Shown: positions 8,097 through 18,511, counted from the first letter of the stretch. The stretch is DNA of 32,000 bases from an uncultured Erysipelotrichaceae bacterium (GCA_964401865.1 CAYNZZ010000010.1:1-32000); one strand, 5' to 3'. The notes: a model not told the origin generated them from the sequence alone. Translations and numbers: made by a program.

Positions 8097-8110
8097 TTCC
8101 TCTTTTCTTA
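8083..8110 (+). terminator. Weak or partial terminator hairpin after rpoE
   Basis: AAGAGGA-ttattaat-TCCTCTT followed by TTCTTATC. The stop codon lies in the loop. The next gene starts only about 8 nt later, so read-through is likely. Confidence 0.4.
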
Positions 8111-8117
8111 TCTATTG

Positions 8118-8735
8118 ATGAAAACGATAGTATTTGATTTTAATGGAACCATTATCGATGATGTAGATATATCTTTAAAATGCTTGAATGTTTTGAGGAG
8201 AAAGTATTTAAAGCTTGAAGATTTATCAAAAGATGAATATAGAAACATTTTTACTTTTCCAATCATCGATTATTATCGAAGAGCAGGTTTTGATTTTAAT
8301 GAATATAGTTTTGAAACTATCGGGCAAGAGTGGGTAGATCTTTATAACATCAGTGTTAAAAAAATTGGTTTAGCTGAAGGTGTTATTGAATTTTTAGATA
8401 AGTATAAAAATAAATATCAGTATATTATTTTAAGTGCATCGAAAAAAGAAATGATTATCGACCAGTTGAAACAATACCAAATCCAAAATTATTTTAAGGA
8501 TGTGTTAGGTATTGATAATATTTATGCACATAGTAAGTTAGATATCGCATTAGATTATTTCAAGGATAAAAATCTTAATGATTATTGTATGATAGGTGAC
8601 ACTCTCCATGATGATGAGGTGGCAAGTAAGATTGGTATTGATATAAAGCTGGTATCCAATGGTCATCAATCTTTAAGCGTTTTAAAGAAAGCAGGTTCTC
8701 CAATATATAATTCTATTAAAGAGATAACTATTTGA
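8118..8735 (+). CDS. HAD-superfamily hydrolase (phosphoglycolate phosphatase-like) with an atypical motif I
   Basis: Motif I is FDFNGT (Asn where the second Asp is normally found). Motif II is ILSAS and motif IV is GDTLHDDE. ATG 8118 is preferred over TTG 8115. Confidence 0.8.
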   Translation: MKTIVFDFNGTIIDDVDISLKCLNVLRRKYLKLEDLSKDEYRNIFTFPIIDYYRRAGFDFNEYSFETIGQEWVDLYNISVKKIGLAEGVIEFLDKYKNKYQYIILSASKKEMIIDQLKQYQIQNYFKDVLGIDNIYAHSKLDIALDYFKDKNLNDYCMIGDTLHDDEVASKIGIDIKLVSNGHQSLSVLKKAGSPIYNSIKEITI

Positions 8736-8752
8736 TTTAGATTTATCAATTA

Positions 8753-8781
8753 TTGATTAGACATATAAAAAAGTTTAAAAT
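8753..8781 (+). promoter_or_regulatory. Promoter candidate for fba
   Basis: TTGATT (8753-8758), 17 nt, TAAAAT (8776-8781). Confidence 0.45.
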
Positions 8782-8811
8782 GAAAGTAAGAAATCTTTAG
8801 GAGGAATTTAT

Positions 8812-9675
8812 ATGTTAGTTTCTGCAACAGAAATGTTAAAAAAGGCTCATGAAGGCCATTATGCAGTAGCAGCTTTTAACATCAATAACTTAGAATGGAC
8901 TAAGTCAATCTTAAAAGCCTGCGAAGAGATGAAATCACCAGTTATCTTAGGAGTATCTGAAGGTGCTGCCAAGTATATGTGCGGATTTAAGAATGTAGCT
9001 GACATGGTTAGAAACATTCATGATGCAATGGGAATCACGGTTCCGGTAGCACTTCACTTAGACCACGGTTCATTTGAAGCTGCTAAGGCTTGTATTGAAG
9101 CTGGTTTTACTTCAGTAATGTTCGATGGATCTCATTATCCAATTGAAGAAAATATCGAAAAATCAAAAGAAATCATTGCTTATGCTCATTCAAAAGGCAT
9201 TTCGGTTGAATGTGAAGTTGGTGGCATCGGTGGCGAAGAAGACGGTGTTACTTCGATGGGAGAAGTTGCCGATCCTGAAGAATGTCGCCGAGTTAATGAA
9301 TTGGGTGTTGACTTCTTAGCGGCTGGTATCGGTAATATTCATGGTAAATATCCAGCTAATTGGGCTGGTTTAAATTTTGATGCTCTTGCTAAAATTCAAG
9401 CGGTTACAAATGGTAGACCACTAGTTTTACATGGTGGATCAGGCATTCCAAGAGATCAAATCAAGAAGGCTATTTCGCTTGGTGTATCTAAGATTAATGT
9501 AAACACTGAATTGCAACTTGAATTCCAAAAGGCAACTCGTCAATATATTGAAGAAGGTAAAGACCTACAAGGTAAAGGTTACGATCCTCGAAAGTTATTA
9601 GCTCCAGGTGCAGAAGCTATCACAAATAAATGTAAGCTAATGATTGAAGAGTTCGGTTCTGATAATAAGGCTTAA
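8812..9675 (+). CDS. fba: Class II fructose-1,6-bisphosphate aldolase
   Basis: AVAAFNINNLEW, LHLDHG, VECEVGGIGGEEDG and LVLHGGSG motifs. 287 aa. Strong RBS AGGAGG. Confidence 0.95.
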   Translation: MLVSATEMLKKAHEGHYAVAAFNINNLEWTKSILKACEEMKSPVILGVSEGAAKYMCGFKNVADMVRNIHDAMGITVPVALHLDHGSFEAAKACIEAGFTSVMFDGSHYPIEENIEKSKEIIAYAHSKGISVECEVGGIGGEEDGVTSMGEVADPEECRRVNELGVDFLAAGIGNIHGKYPANWAGLNFDALAKIQAVTNGRPLVLHGGSGIPRDQIKKAISLGVSKINVNTELQLEFQKATRQYIEEGKDLQGKGYDPRKLLAPGAEAITNKCKLMIEEFGSDNKA

Positions 9676-9682
9676 TGAAAAT

Positions 9683-9710
9683 AGGCAAGTTTAACACTTG
9701 CCTTTATTTT
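9683..9710 (+). terminator. Rho-independent terminator after fba
   Basis: AGGCAAGT-ttaac-ACTTGCCT (perfect 8 bp) followed by TTATTTT. Confidence 0.8.
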
Positions 9711-9719
9711 GGAGGAATT

Positions 9720-10385
9720 ATGAGTGATTTAAAAAAAGCGTATGATATTTTGGATAGTATCAATGATAATGATAGTAAAGAGATTATTTATCAAAAGACA
9801 TCAAAGGCCTATAAAACAAGTGATGACTGTTTAGAAGCCTTGATGATCATGGTTAAATGTATTGATGATTACGAAGAAAAAGAATCATTGCTTAAAAATG
9901 CCATTGTGAAAAAGAACAATCTTTTCAAACAGAGCAATTATTTGAGAATGATTTTTGAATTGATAAGATTGTATGAAGATTGTGGCAAGTTTAAATTAGC
10001 TGTTGAATATCTTTTAACTTTAAAGATTATTGATGTCAATAATGACTATCATGTGAATTTTCATTTAGCTACTGTATACGCTTTTTTGGAAGATGATAGA
10101 ATAATCGATCTTATAGATGAAAATGAAATTAAAATATTAGTTCCATATATGATTTATGCTTATAAAAAAAGCGATTTTAAAAACACTTATCATATTGCTG
10201 AGATGATTAATAAAATCAATCCTTATTTCTTTAAGGTGTTAGAAGATACGGCAGATAAAGATGAAAATAAAGATATTTATTTATCCGATGCCTTAAAGGT
10301 TTTGCGTTTTAATAGTTTGCTAATTAATTCTTGTCCTGGTTTTATATCTTTTATAGTAAGTAAAAAGGACATTTGGTATAATTGA
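9720..10385 (+). CDS. Hypothetical protein, predicted all-alpha (TPR-like feel), no family recognised
   Basis: Start set at ATG 9720 (MSDLKKAY..) with GGAGG 7 nt upstream. The track's start at 9675 lies inside the fba terminator. Confidence 0.6.
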   Translation: MSDLKKAYDILDSINDNDSKEIIYQKTSKAYKTSDDCLEALMIMVKCIDDYEEKESLLKNAIVKKNNLFKQSNYLRMIFELIRLYEDCGKFKLAVEYLLTLKIIDVNNDYHVNFHLATVYAFLEDDRIIDLIDENEIKILVPYMIYAYKKSDFKNTYHIAEMINKINPYFFKVLEDTADKDENKDIYLSDALKVLRFNSLLINSCPGFISFIVSKKDIWYN

Positions 10386-10399
10386 ATGGGTGAGTAGCG

Positions 10400-11053
10400 A
10401 TGGATATTAAAGCTGTATTGTTTGATATGGATGGAACACTGATTGATAGTGAATTGTATTATGTTGAAGGTACTTATGAATGGGCATCTAGACATGGATT
10501 TAAAGGCGAAAGAAAAGATATATTATCAATTATTGGTACGACCTTAGAAAATACTTATAAAATATTATCATCGTATACTGACTTGAGTATTGAAGAAATA
10601 GCTAAATTGAATAGCGACTATTTCAATAGAGAAAATCCTATTGATTACGCAAGAATTATTTTCCCTGAAGTAAAAGATTGTTTAAAAGTCTTGAAAGAAA
10701 TGGGATATAAATTAGCTCTATGCACTTCCAGTCATCGTATTGAAATTTCCAGATTTATTAGTAAATGTCAATTAGAGAATATTTTTGATGCCACGATCGG
10801 TTTTGAAGATATAATTCATTCAAAACCTAATCCAGAAATATATCTAAAAGCTCTAGATATATTGGGAGTAAAAAAAGAAGAAGCATTAGTGGTTGAAGAT
10901 TCTAAAGAAGGAATTATGGCTGGTAAAAGTTCTGGTATTTATACATTGGCGAGAAAAGATGAAAGATTTGGTGTCGATCAGAGTGCTTGTGATGATTATA
11001 TAGGTGATTTAAACGATTTAATTAAGTTGATTAGGAGTAATACCAATGGATGA
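10400..11053 (+). CDS. HAD-superfamily hydrolase, subfamily IA (beta-phosphoglucomutase / sugar-phosphatase-like)
   Basis: Canonical motif I FDMDGTLIDSE, motif II LCTSS, K..PNPEIY, and motif IV VVEDSKEG. Confidence 0.85.
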   Translation: MDIKAVLFDMDGTLIDSELYYVEGTYEWASRHGFKGERKDILSIIGTTLENTYKILSSYTDLSIEEIAKLNSDYFNRENPIDYARIIFPEVKDCLKVLKEMGYKLALCTSSHRIEISRFISKCQLENIFDATIGFEDIIHSKPNPEIYLKALDILGVKKEEALVVEDSKEGIMAGKSSGIYTLARKDERFGVDQSACDDYIGDLNDLIKLIRSNTNG

Positions 11054-12290
11054 TATTATCAAGATAAAAGGTGGACGTAAATTAAAGGGCGAGGTGCGAA
11101 TTAGTTCGGCTAAAAATGCAGCTGTAGCGCTGGTTCCGGCATCGGTTTTAGCTAGTCATGTGGTGACTTTTTTGGATATTCCTGACATTTCAGATATCGA
11201 TTCTTTGATTCAATTACTAGAATTGTTAAATATCAATGTTATTAGAAGAAATAATACGCTAGTCATTGATCCAAGTGAGATTAAAAATGTCGTGATGAAT
11301 CATGAATCAGTAAGCAAATTAAGAGCTTCATATTATTTTTTAGGAGCTTTATTAGGCCGTTTTAAAGAAGTTAAAATGAAAATGCCAGGTGGATGTGATT
11401 TAGGCCCTAGACCAATTAATCTTCATCTAAAAGGTTTTGAAGCATTAGGAGCTAAGGTTGATTATGATAATGGTTATTATACAATCAAAGCTGATGAGTT
11501 GATTGGCAGTAGCATATATTTAGATTTTGCTTCAGTTGGAGCCACTATTAACATTATGATGGCTGCCGTTTTTGCCAAAGGCAGAACAGTGATAGAAAAT
11601 GCTGCTAAAGAACCGGAAATAATTGATGTGGCAACTTTGCTTAATAAAATGGGCGCCGAAATAAGAGGAGCTGGTACTGATACAATAACTATCGATGGAG
11701 TTAAAGAACTTGGTGGTTGTGTTCATGAAATCATTCCTGACCGCATTGAAGCAGGAACATATATCATTATGGGGGCTGCTTGCGGAGAATATATCAAAGT
11801 CAATAATGTTATACCTCAACATTTAGATTCATTGCTTTCTAAGCTTCAGGAAATGGGCGTTAATATGAAGGTGGGTGTTGATTATGTTGAGATATTTGAA
11901 AGCAATAATTTAAAGGCTATCGATATAAAAACACTTCCATATCCTGGCTTGGCAACTGATCTTCAACAGCCTTTAACCGCTCTTATGACACAAGCGGTTG
12001 GAATAAGCAGAGTTACAGAAACTATTTATCCCGAAAGATTTAAACATTGTCACGAATTGAATAAGATGGGCGCTGATATTGAATTAGAAGAGGCTAGAAG
12101 TATTATCAATGGCCCAACACCATTATATGGCGATATTGTAACTGCTACTGATTTGCGTTGTGGCGCTTCGCTTATCATTGCTGCATTATTGGCGGATGGA
12201 GAGACGGTAATTAAAGACGCATATCACATTTATCGCGGTTATGATTCAATTAAAGATAAATTAAAAGCCCTAGGAGCTTTAGTTGAATGA
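11046..12290 (+). CDS. murA: UDP-N-acetylglucosamine 1-carboxyvinyltransferase
   Basis: IKGGRKLKGEVRISSAKNAA at the N-terminus, PGGCDLGPRPINLH (catalytic Cys loop), and LRCGASLIIAALLADGET. 414 aa. Confidence 0.95.
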   Translation: MDDIIKIKGGRKLKGEVRISSAKNAAVALVPASVLASHVVTFLDIPDISDIDSLIQLLELLNINVIRRNNTLVIDPSEIKNVVMNHESVSKLRASYYFLGALLGRFKEVKMKMPGGCDLGPRPINLHLKGFEALGAKVDYDNGYYTIKADELIGSSIYLDFASVGATINIMMAAVFAKGRTVIENAAKEPEIIDVATLLNKMGAEIRGAGTDTITIDGVKELGGCVHEIIPDRIEAGTYIIMGAACGEYIKVNNVIPQHLDSLLSKLQEMGVNMKVGVDYVEIFESNNLKAIDIKTLPYPGLATDLQQPLTALMTQAVGISRVTETIYPERFKHCHELNKMGADIELEEARSIINGPTPLYGDIVTATDLRCGASLIIAALLADGETVIKDAYHIYRGYDSIKDKLKALGALVE

Positions 12291-12382
12291 TATTTACAAA
12301 ATGTCATTATTATGTTATTGTATATGAGCACTTATAACTTTCTTTAGGTTGATAAGATACTTAAGGCGGAAGGGAGATTACT

Positions 12383-12595
12383 ATGAAAAAAGGAATTCAT
12401 CCAACTTACCATAAGGTAACAGTAACATGTGCAGGTTGTGGAACTACATTTGAAGTTGGTTCTACAAAGGAAGGCGGTATCAAGGTTGATACTTGTTCAA
12501 ACTGTCATCCATTCTATACAGGAAGACAACGTTTCGCTGCTGCACAAGGAAGAATTGAAAAATTCAATAAGAAGTATGGTTTAAATAAAAAATAA
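12383..12595 (+). CDS. rpmE: 50S ribosomal protein L31 (Zn-ribbon, CxxC form)
   Basis: [27 protein letters not shown]. 70 aa. RBS GGGAG. Confidence 0.95.
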   Translation: MKKGIHPTYHKVTVTCAGCGTTFEVGSTKEGGIKVDTCSNCHPFYTGRQRFAAAQGRIEKFNKKYGLNKK

Positions 12596-12615
12596 GGGTA
12601 ATTCCTTATTTTTTA
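12591..12615 (+). terminator. Weak terminator-like hairpin after rpmE
   Basis: AATAAGG-gtaatt-CCTTATT followed by TTTT. The stem is A/T rich. Confidence 0.35.
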
Positions 12616-12635
12616 AAAGGAGATAGTAATGTAAT

Positions 12636-13232
12636 ATGTACCAAAGATATAAAGATGGATGGTTAGAAACAATATCAGGGTGTATGTTTGCAGGCAAGAC
12701 TGAAGAATTGATAAGAAGAATAAAGGTTTTAGAATTCGCTAAAAAAGAGATAATGGTCTTTAAACCAGAGATTGATAATCGTTATTCGACAACTCAAGTC
12801 GTTTCACATGCAGGTAGTTCGGTTGAGAGCTATGTCGTAAAAAATGCAACCGACATACTTAAAATGGTTAAAGATAGTACCAGTGTTGTCGCTATTGATG
12901 AAGTACAGTTCTTCGATGATGATATTTGTGAAGTATGTGATATTTTAGCTAATGAAGGGAAAAGAGTGATGGTGGCTGGTTTAGATACCGATTTTAGAGG
13001 TGAACCTTTTGGACCAATGCCTACACTTATGACTCAAGCTGAATTTGTGACAAAGCTAACTGCAATATGTAATAAATGTGGTGCTCCGGCAACGAGAACT
13101 CAAAGAATTATCAATGGAAGACCAGCCAATTATGATGATCCGGTTATTCTAGTTGGGGCAAGTGAGAGTTACGAAGCTAGATGTCGTCATTGCCATGAAG
13201 TGAACAATCGCCATAAAAAAGTGGAGAGATAA
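12636..13232 (+). CDS. tdk: Thymidine kinase
   Basis: P-loop-like [18 protein letters not shown], and Zn ribbon CNKCG..CRHCH. 198 aa. Confidence 0.93.
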   Translation: MYQRYKDGWLETISGCMFAGKTEELIRRIKVLEFAKKEIMVFKPEIDNRYSTTQVVSHAGSSVESYVVKNATDILKMVKDSTSVVAIDEVQFFDDDICEVCDILANEGKRVMVAGLDTDFRGEPFGPMPTLMTQAEFVTKLTAICNKCGAPATRTQRIINGRPANYDDPVILVGASESYEARCRHCHEVNNRHKKVER

Positions 13233-13233
13233 A

Positions 13234-14304
13234 ATGAACGCAAAAATAATTAAATGTCAAGAAATAGAAAAAAGATATAATGAGATTTCGGATATGATGT
13301 CACTTGAAGAAGTGGCATCCGATCCTAAACAATACACTAAATTATCGAAAGAACAAGCATCAATTAAGGGTGCTTTTGATGCTTATCAAGATTATAAAAA
13401 ATTAACCAGTGCTTTAAATGATGCTAAAGAAATGCTTAATGATGAAGATGAAGAAATCAAAGCTATGGCTGAAGCGGAAGTAGCGGAGTTAGAAGCTAAG
13501 GTTGAAGAAATTGAAAAACATATTGAAGTATTGCTGATTCCAAAAGACCCTGAAGATGCTTATGATTGCATCGTTGAAATCAGAGGAGCTGCCGGTGGCG
13601 ATGAAGGAAACATTTTTGCCGGTGATTTATATCGTATGTATTCATACTATGCTGAAAGTCTTGGATATAAGATACAAGTTATGGAATCTTCTGAATCAGA
13701 AGCAGGTGGATACACACTTATTTCTTTCTTAGTTAAAGGACAAGATGCTTATCGCCATTTCAAATTTGAAAGTGGTGCTCATCGTGTGCAAAGAGTTCCA
13801 AAGACTGAAACGCAAGGAAGAATACATACTTCAACAGCAACTGTACTAGTGCTTCCGGATATTGAAGAAGCAGATATTGAAATTCCTGATTCAGATTTAA
13901 CAATTGAAACTCATCGTTCTTCAGGCGCTGGCGGACAGCATATCAATAAGACTGATAGTGCGGTTAGAATTACTCATATTCCTACTGGAATTAGTGTAAA
14001 CTGTCAAGATGGAAGAAGCCAAATGGCTAACCGTGAAACAGCTTTAAAGATTATTCGTGCTCGTGTCTATGAAGAAATGGCTAGACAGAAGGCTGAAAAA
14101 GAAGGGGCAATCAGAAAATCTAAGATTGGAACGGGGGATAGATCAGAAAAAATCAGAACGTACAACTATCCGCAAAATCGTGTTTCCGATCATCGCATCG
14201 GTTTGACAATTACACAGCTTGATAGAATCATCGAGGGAAAACTTGATGATATTATTAATGCACTATTGGCCAATGATGAAAAAGAGAAATTATTAAATGA
14301 GTAG
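13234..14304 (+). CDS. prfA: Peptide chain release factor 1
   Basis: GGQ motif ([11 protein letters not shown]), tripeptide region [12 protein letters not shown], and RF-1 length and context (tdk upstream, prmC downstream). Confidence 0.95.
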   Translation: MNAKIIKCQEIEKRYNEISDMMSLEEVASDPKQYTKLSKEQASIKGAFDAYQDYKKLTSALNDAKEMLNDEDEEIKAMAEAEVAELEAKVEEIEKHIEVLLIPKDPEDAYDCIVEIRGAAGGDEGNIFAGDLYRMYSYYAESLGYKIQVMESSESEAGGYTLISFLVKGQDAYRHFKFESGAHRVQRVPKTETQGRIHTSTATVLVLPDIEEADIEIPDSDLTIETHRSSGAGGQHINKTDSAVRITHIPTGISVNCQDGRSQMANRETALKIIRARVYEEMARQKAEKEGAIRKSKIGTGDRSEKIRTYNYPQNRVSDHRIGLTITQLDRIIEGKLDDIINALLANDEKEKLLNE

Positions 14305-15142
14305 TTATAACGATCTATTACATCAATATAAAAAAGATTTTGAAAAGAAAGATATTCCTCTTTCGACTATCAAAGCTTTTTTATTTGAACTTTGTAGTGA
14401 AAAAGAAGTAGATTTATATACCAACTTAGATTTAAAGACTGATGAAGAAATAGAGAAGGCTTTTCATTCGGGAATCAGTAAAATCCTTGAAGGAATGCCA
14501 ATGAATTATGTATTGGGTTATTGCTGGTTCTATGGTTATAAATTAAAGGTCAATGATGATGTGCTTATTCCAAGATATGAAACTGAAGAATTGGTACTCC
14601 AAATCTTAAAACGCATCGATAGATTTGAAAGAAAAGATTTGGTTTTAGCTGATATCGGTACAGGCTCAGGAGCGATAGCGATAAGCTTGAAAAAAGAAGA
14701 GCCTGAACTCAATGTATATGCTAGTGACATATCTTTAAAAGCCATTGAAGTCGCTAAAGAAAATGCTAAGAGTTTAGATGCTGATATCACATTTTTAAGC
14801 GGTGATATGCTAAAACCATTGATTGAAAAAGGTATTAAATTAGATATTTTGGTATCTAATCCACCATATATTCCAAGCGATGAAGTCATGGAACATTCAG
14901 TTGTTGATTTTGAACCACATGTTGCACTATTCGGTGGAAAAGACGGATTGAAGTTTTATGAGTCGATTATTAATGATGCTCCTAAGGTTTTAAATCCCGG
15001 TGCATTTATGGCTTTTGAAATTGGATATAATCAAAAAGAAGTTTTGACTGATTTATTTAAAAATGCCTTTAAAAATAGTAAAGTAGAAGTCATTAAAGAT
15101 ATAAATGGCAAAGATAGAATGTTATTTGTTAAAATGAATTAG
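14297..15142 (+). CDS. prmC: Release-factor glutamine N5-methyltransferase
   Basis: [13 protein letters not shown] motif and the NPPY catalytic motif. Overlaps prfA by 8 nt. Confidence 0.92.
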   Translation: MSSYNDLLHQYKKDFEKKDIPLSTIKAFLFELCSEKEVDLYTNLDLKTDEEIEKAFHSGISKILEGMPMNYVLGYCWFYGYKLKVNDDVLIPRYETEELVLQILKRIDRFERKDLVLADIGTGSGAIAISLKKEEPELNVYASDISLKAIEVAKENAKSLDADITFLSGDMLKPLIEKGIKLDILVSNPPYIPSDEVMEHSVVDFEPHVALFGGKDGLKFYESIINDAPKVLNPGAFMAFEIGYNQKEVLTDLFKNAFKNSKVEVIKDINGKDRMLFVKMN

Positions 15143-15294
15143 TTTTCACATTATTAACACAATAATCTGATTAAATATGAGTATAGATAATTTTTTCATT
15201 TTATACTCTACTTAAAAAGCTCGTTACTAAATGGGCTTTTTATTTTCATATAGACTGATTTGTTTTATAATATGAACATTGAGAGGTTAAAAAA

Positions 15295-16176
15295 ATGAGT
15301 GAATATATCGTTTCTTGCTGTTCAACAGTAGATATGGATTTAGAGTTCTTTGAAAAAAGAAATATACCTTTTATTCCATTTCATTTCAATATGGATGGTC
15401 AAGAATATCTTGATGATTATGGTAAAAGCATAAGTATTGAAGACTTTTATAAAGCTATAGATAATGGTGCCGAACCTAATACATCACAAATCAGTATTTT
15501 TGAATATACTAATTTCTTTGAACCATATTTAAAAGAAGGTAAGAGCATTTTACATATGACGTTATCAAGTGGCATTAGCGGATCATATAATTCAGCAACT
15601 TTAGCAGCGAAAGAATTGAATGAAAAGTATGAGGCCAAGGTTTGCGTTATCGATTCTCTATCGGCATCAAGTGGATTTGGTTTATTAGTCAGTCTTGCTG
15701 ATGATAATTTAAAAAATAGCATGTCATTTGAAGATAATTGCAGATATATTGAAGAAGAGAGACATAACATTCAACAATGGTTCTTTACTTCTAATTTGAC
15801 ACATTTAATTCGTGGAGGTCGTGTATCTAAAACCGCTGGTTTTGTCGGCACAGCTTTACATGTCTGCCCATTACTTCGCGTAACTTATGAGGGTAAACTT
15901 GAAACTTTTGAAAAGGTTCGTGGCAAGAAAAAAGTTATTAAGTCCATAGTTGATAAGATGGAAACCTTAGCTGATAATGGAACTGATTATGACGGTTACG
16001 TTTATATCTCTAATTCAGCTTGCTTAGAAGATGGCGAAGCATTAAAGGAAGAAATATTATCGCGTTTTCCTAAAGTTAAGAAAATCGGTATCTATTCAAT
16101 AGGAACTGTTATCGGTTCACACACGGGTCCTGGTACGGTTGCGTTATTTTATAAAGGTGCAAAAAGAGTGAATTAA
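15295..16176 (+). CDS. DegV family fatty-acid-binding protein
   Basis: LSSGISGSYNSA and VIDS.SAS motifs with a C-terminal GTVIGSHTGPG. 293 aa. Confidence 0.9.
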   Translation: MSEYIVSCCSTVDMDLEFFEKRNIPFIPFHFNMDGQEYLDDYGKSISIEDFYKAIDNGAEPNTSQISIFEYTNFFEPYLKEGKSILHMTLSSGISGSYNSATLAAKELNEKYEAKVCVIDSLSASSGFGLLVSLADDNLKNSMSFEDNCRYIEEERHNIQQWFFTSNLTHLIRGGRVSKTAGFVGTALHVCPLLRVTYEGKLETFEKVRGKKKVIKSIVDKMETLADNGTDYDGYVYISNSACLEDGEALKEEILSRFPKVKKIGIYSIGTVIGSHTGPGTVALFYKGAKRVN

Positions 16177-16181
16177 AAAAG

Positions 16182-16233
16182 AGCTTGAAGCTAGTCAAAT
16201 AGTTTATACTAAATGAACTTGCTTCAAGCTTTT
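16182..16233. terminator. Bidirectional terminator between degV (+) and the P-type ATPase (-)
   Basis: Perfect 10-bp arms AGCTTGAAGC (16182-16191) / GCTTCAAGCT (16221-16230). A6 lies on the left and TTT on the right. The inner loop can pair further. Confidence 0.7.
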
Positions 16234-18511
16234 AATATAATTTATCAATCTTTTCAGATAGTTTGCTAGAAATATTTAATCTTTTGAAAATGATATATAA
16301 AACTATTGATAGCAATGATAGTGCAATGATTATCAAGGTGTGTTTGAAATCAAGCTCTAGTAAATAAAAGAAGTCTTTCTTGACTATATAAGCGATAAAC
16401 ATTCCAAAAATAGCGATAATAATTAAAGACAGCCTAAGAATATTTAGCGGTTTAGAAATGTCGTATAAAACATAAATCAAAATGATGAAAGTAACGAAGA
16501 CAATTATACTTTGAAAAAATAAAGGATTAATTAATTCATTATTTTTAGCTAATTCAATTATGACAATAGATGCCAAAATAGCTAGAGCACTAGGTATGGC
16601 TCTTGATAATACATTGGCTAAGAAATTGCCTTTTACAATACTTCGATCGGGTTCAAGCGAAAGAACAAAAGAAGGAAAGCCAATGCATAATGCAGAAATG
16701 AGCGTCAATTGAATAGGACTAAACGGATACTCTTTAAAAAAGAATATCGTCAACAACGATAATAAAATTGATAGAACAGTCTTAGACAGAAATAGAGTTG
16801 ATGTCCTTTGAATATTATTAATGACTCTTCTTCCTTCATCGACTATTTTATGCATATGTGAGAAATCATTATCCATTAATATTACATTAGCGATATTTTT
16901 AGCGCTTTCAGCACCATCAAACATTGCAACAGAAAAGTCCGCTTCTTTTAAAGCCATAACATCGTTGACGCCATCACCAACCATACCTACGGTATTGCCA
17001 TGACTCTTAAGTGTTTCGATCATTAATCGTTTTTGATCGGGATTTACACGTCCAAAGACATAGTGATCCAAAACTAATTGTTTCAAATCTTCGTCATTGG
17101 CTTTTGAACAATCTACCAATAGGTCGGAATTTTTAAAATCGACTTTTTTCAAAATATTAGATACTGTGATGGGGTCGTCACCTGAAATAACCTTCAATTC
17201 AACATTTTGTTTTGAAAAGTAAGCTAAAGTTTCTTTAGCGTTTTTTCTAATTTCATCTTGAATGATAATAAGAGCGATAACCATCTTATTTTTACTTAAC
17301 GCCAGTACACGATTACCTAATTCAGCTTGGTCTTGTATTGTCTTTTCAATATTATTTTGAGGTTTTACATCTAAAAACTGATATGCACCTATTTCATATC
17401 TTATACCATTGCATTCCATTGCTGATTTCTTATTACTTGAAGAAAAGGTTTCGATCTTGGATGCTGGCATATCGCTATAATATTTGAAATAAGCCTTTAA
17501 AGCATTGGCAGTAGGGTTATCATCACCGATTTGTCTCATCATATTGGCGATGATATTTGAAATGTCGTCATTGCTGTAAGGCAAGACATCGACAACTTTT
17601 AAATTTCCATTTGTTATGGTACCGGTTTTATCTAAACATAGGACATTACATCTAGCTAAAGTTTCTAAAGAATACATTTCTTGAACCAGAGTATTTTCTC
17701 TTGAAAGTTTTAATGCACCCAAAGTCAAAGAAACAGAAGTCAGCAATATCAAACCCTCAGGTATCATACCAACTAACGAAGCAACGGTCTGTAAAATCGA
17801 CTCATCAAGTGGGATGCCGGAGATATAGTATTGTTTTAAAAAGATGAGGATACCAATAGGAACAATAATCAATGAAACACTTTTTATAATGAAATCAAGC
17901 GCATCTTTCAATCTTGATGGTTGTCTTTTCTCTCTTTTGGCATTTTTTAGGATTTTGTTGATGTAATTGTCCTTGCCGACTCTTGTAATCTCCATTAGAC
18001 AGGATCCGCTAGTGATGAAACTACCGGCATACAGTTGATCATTTACTCTTTTTTCAATATGCTCAGATTCGCCGGTTAGTAAAGATTCATTTACTGTAAC
18101 CTTGCCATCTTTGATGACACCATCACTCAATATTTGGTCACCCAATTTCAATTTACATATGTCATTTATGACTAAATCATTGCCGTTTAGTTTGATTAGT
18201 TCATCGTTGCGGTAGGTATAGGCGTGTGGTTGTGATAACAATCTTAATTTATCTAATGTTTTTTTGGCCCTTAGTTCTTGAATAATACCAATGGTCGTAT
18301 TGATGATTATTACAATTATAAATAGAGCGTTACGATACTGACCAGTGATAAAGACCATTATGGCTAGTATGACATTGATTATATTAAAAAGAGTAAAGAT
18401 GTTTGAACTGATGATCTTTGAATTACTCTTGATTGTATAATCGGGATTGGTATTTACTTCACCATTTTGAATTCTTTTGAAAACTTCCTCATCACTTAGG
18501 CCGATTTTCAT
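16232..18511 (-). CDS. Cation-translocating P-type ATPase (P2-like; substrate not assignable)
   Basis: TGES actuator motif, PEGL in TM4, phosphorylation site CLDKTGTIT, and hinge GDGVNDV. No N-terminal metal-binding domain and no CPC motif. 759 aa. Confidence 0.92.
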   Translation of the reverse strand: MKIGLSDEEVFKRIQNGEVNTNPDYTIKSNSKIISSNIFTLFNIINVILAIMVFITGQYRNALFIIVIIINTTIGIIQELRAKKTLDKLRLLSQPHAYTYRNDELIKLNGNDLVINDICKLKLGDQILSDGVIKDGKVTVNESLLTGESEHIEKRVNDQLYAGSFITSGSCLMEITRVGKDNYINKILKNAKREKRQPSRLKDALDFIIKSVSLIIVPIGILIFLKQYYISGIPLDESILQTVASLVGMIPEGLILLTSVSLTLGALKLSRENTLVQEMYSLETLARCNVLCLDKTGTITNGNLKVVDVLPYSNDDISNIIANMMRQIGDDNPTANALKAYFKYYSDMPASKIETFSSSNKKSAMECNGIRYEIGAYQFLDVKPQNNIEKTIQDQAELGNRVLALSKNKMVIALIIIQDEIRKNAKETLAYFSKQNVELKVISGDDPITVSNILKKVDFKNSDLLVDCSKANDEDLKQLVLDHYVFGRVNPDQKRLMIETLKSHGNTVGMVGDGVNDVMALKEADFSVAMFDGAESAKNIANVILMDNDFSHMHKIVDEGRRVINNIQRTSTLFLSKTVLSILLSLLTIFFFKEYPFSPIQLTLISALCIGFPSFVLSLEPDRSIVKGNFLANVLSRAIPSALAILASIVIIELAKNNELINPLFFQSIIVFVTFIILIYVLYDISKPLNILRLSLIIIAIFGMFIAYIVKKDFFYLLELDFKHTLIIIALSLLSIVLYIIFKRLNISSKLSEKIDKLY

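Noticed and set aside
8083-8104. Stop codons lying in hairpin loops also at rpoE (8083-8104) and ftsH (23815-23835). Considered as a genome-wide signal related to the tRNA junction hairpins.
   Set aside because: These hairpins are followed by U-rich tails and look like ordinary weak terminators. TAA in an A/T-rich loop is unsurprising. The distinctive feature at the tRNA loci is the fixed 2-nt distance to the tRNA and the absence of a U tract.
8745-8757. Palindrome ATCAAT-t-ATTGAT overlapping the fba -35 region. Considered as a glycolytic regulator or cre-like site.
   Set aside because: It does not match the cre consensus (TGWAANCGNTNWCA). A short A/T-only palindrome is common by chance in this composition. 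Mentioned only for completeness.
14536-14889. 117-aa ORF antisense to prmC. The same class includes 6782-6970, 9125-9319, 10277-10495, 11532-11822, 15447-15770, 16821-17003, 21054-21266, 23344-23529, 23836-24168, 24626-24832, 27230-27433 and 30706-30903.
   Set aside because: All are embedded in, or antisense to, longer CDS with clear family motifs. None has a convincing RBS or a recognisable domain.
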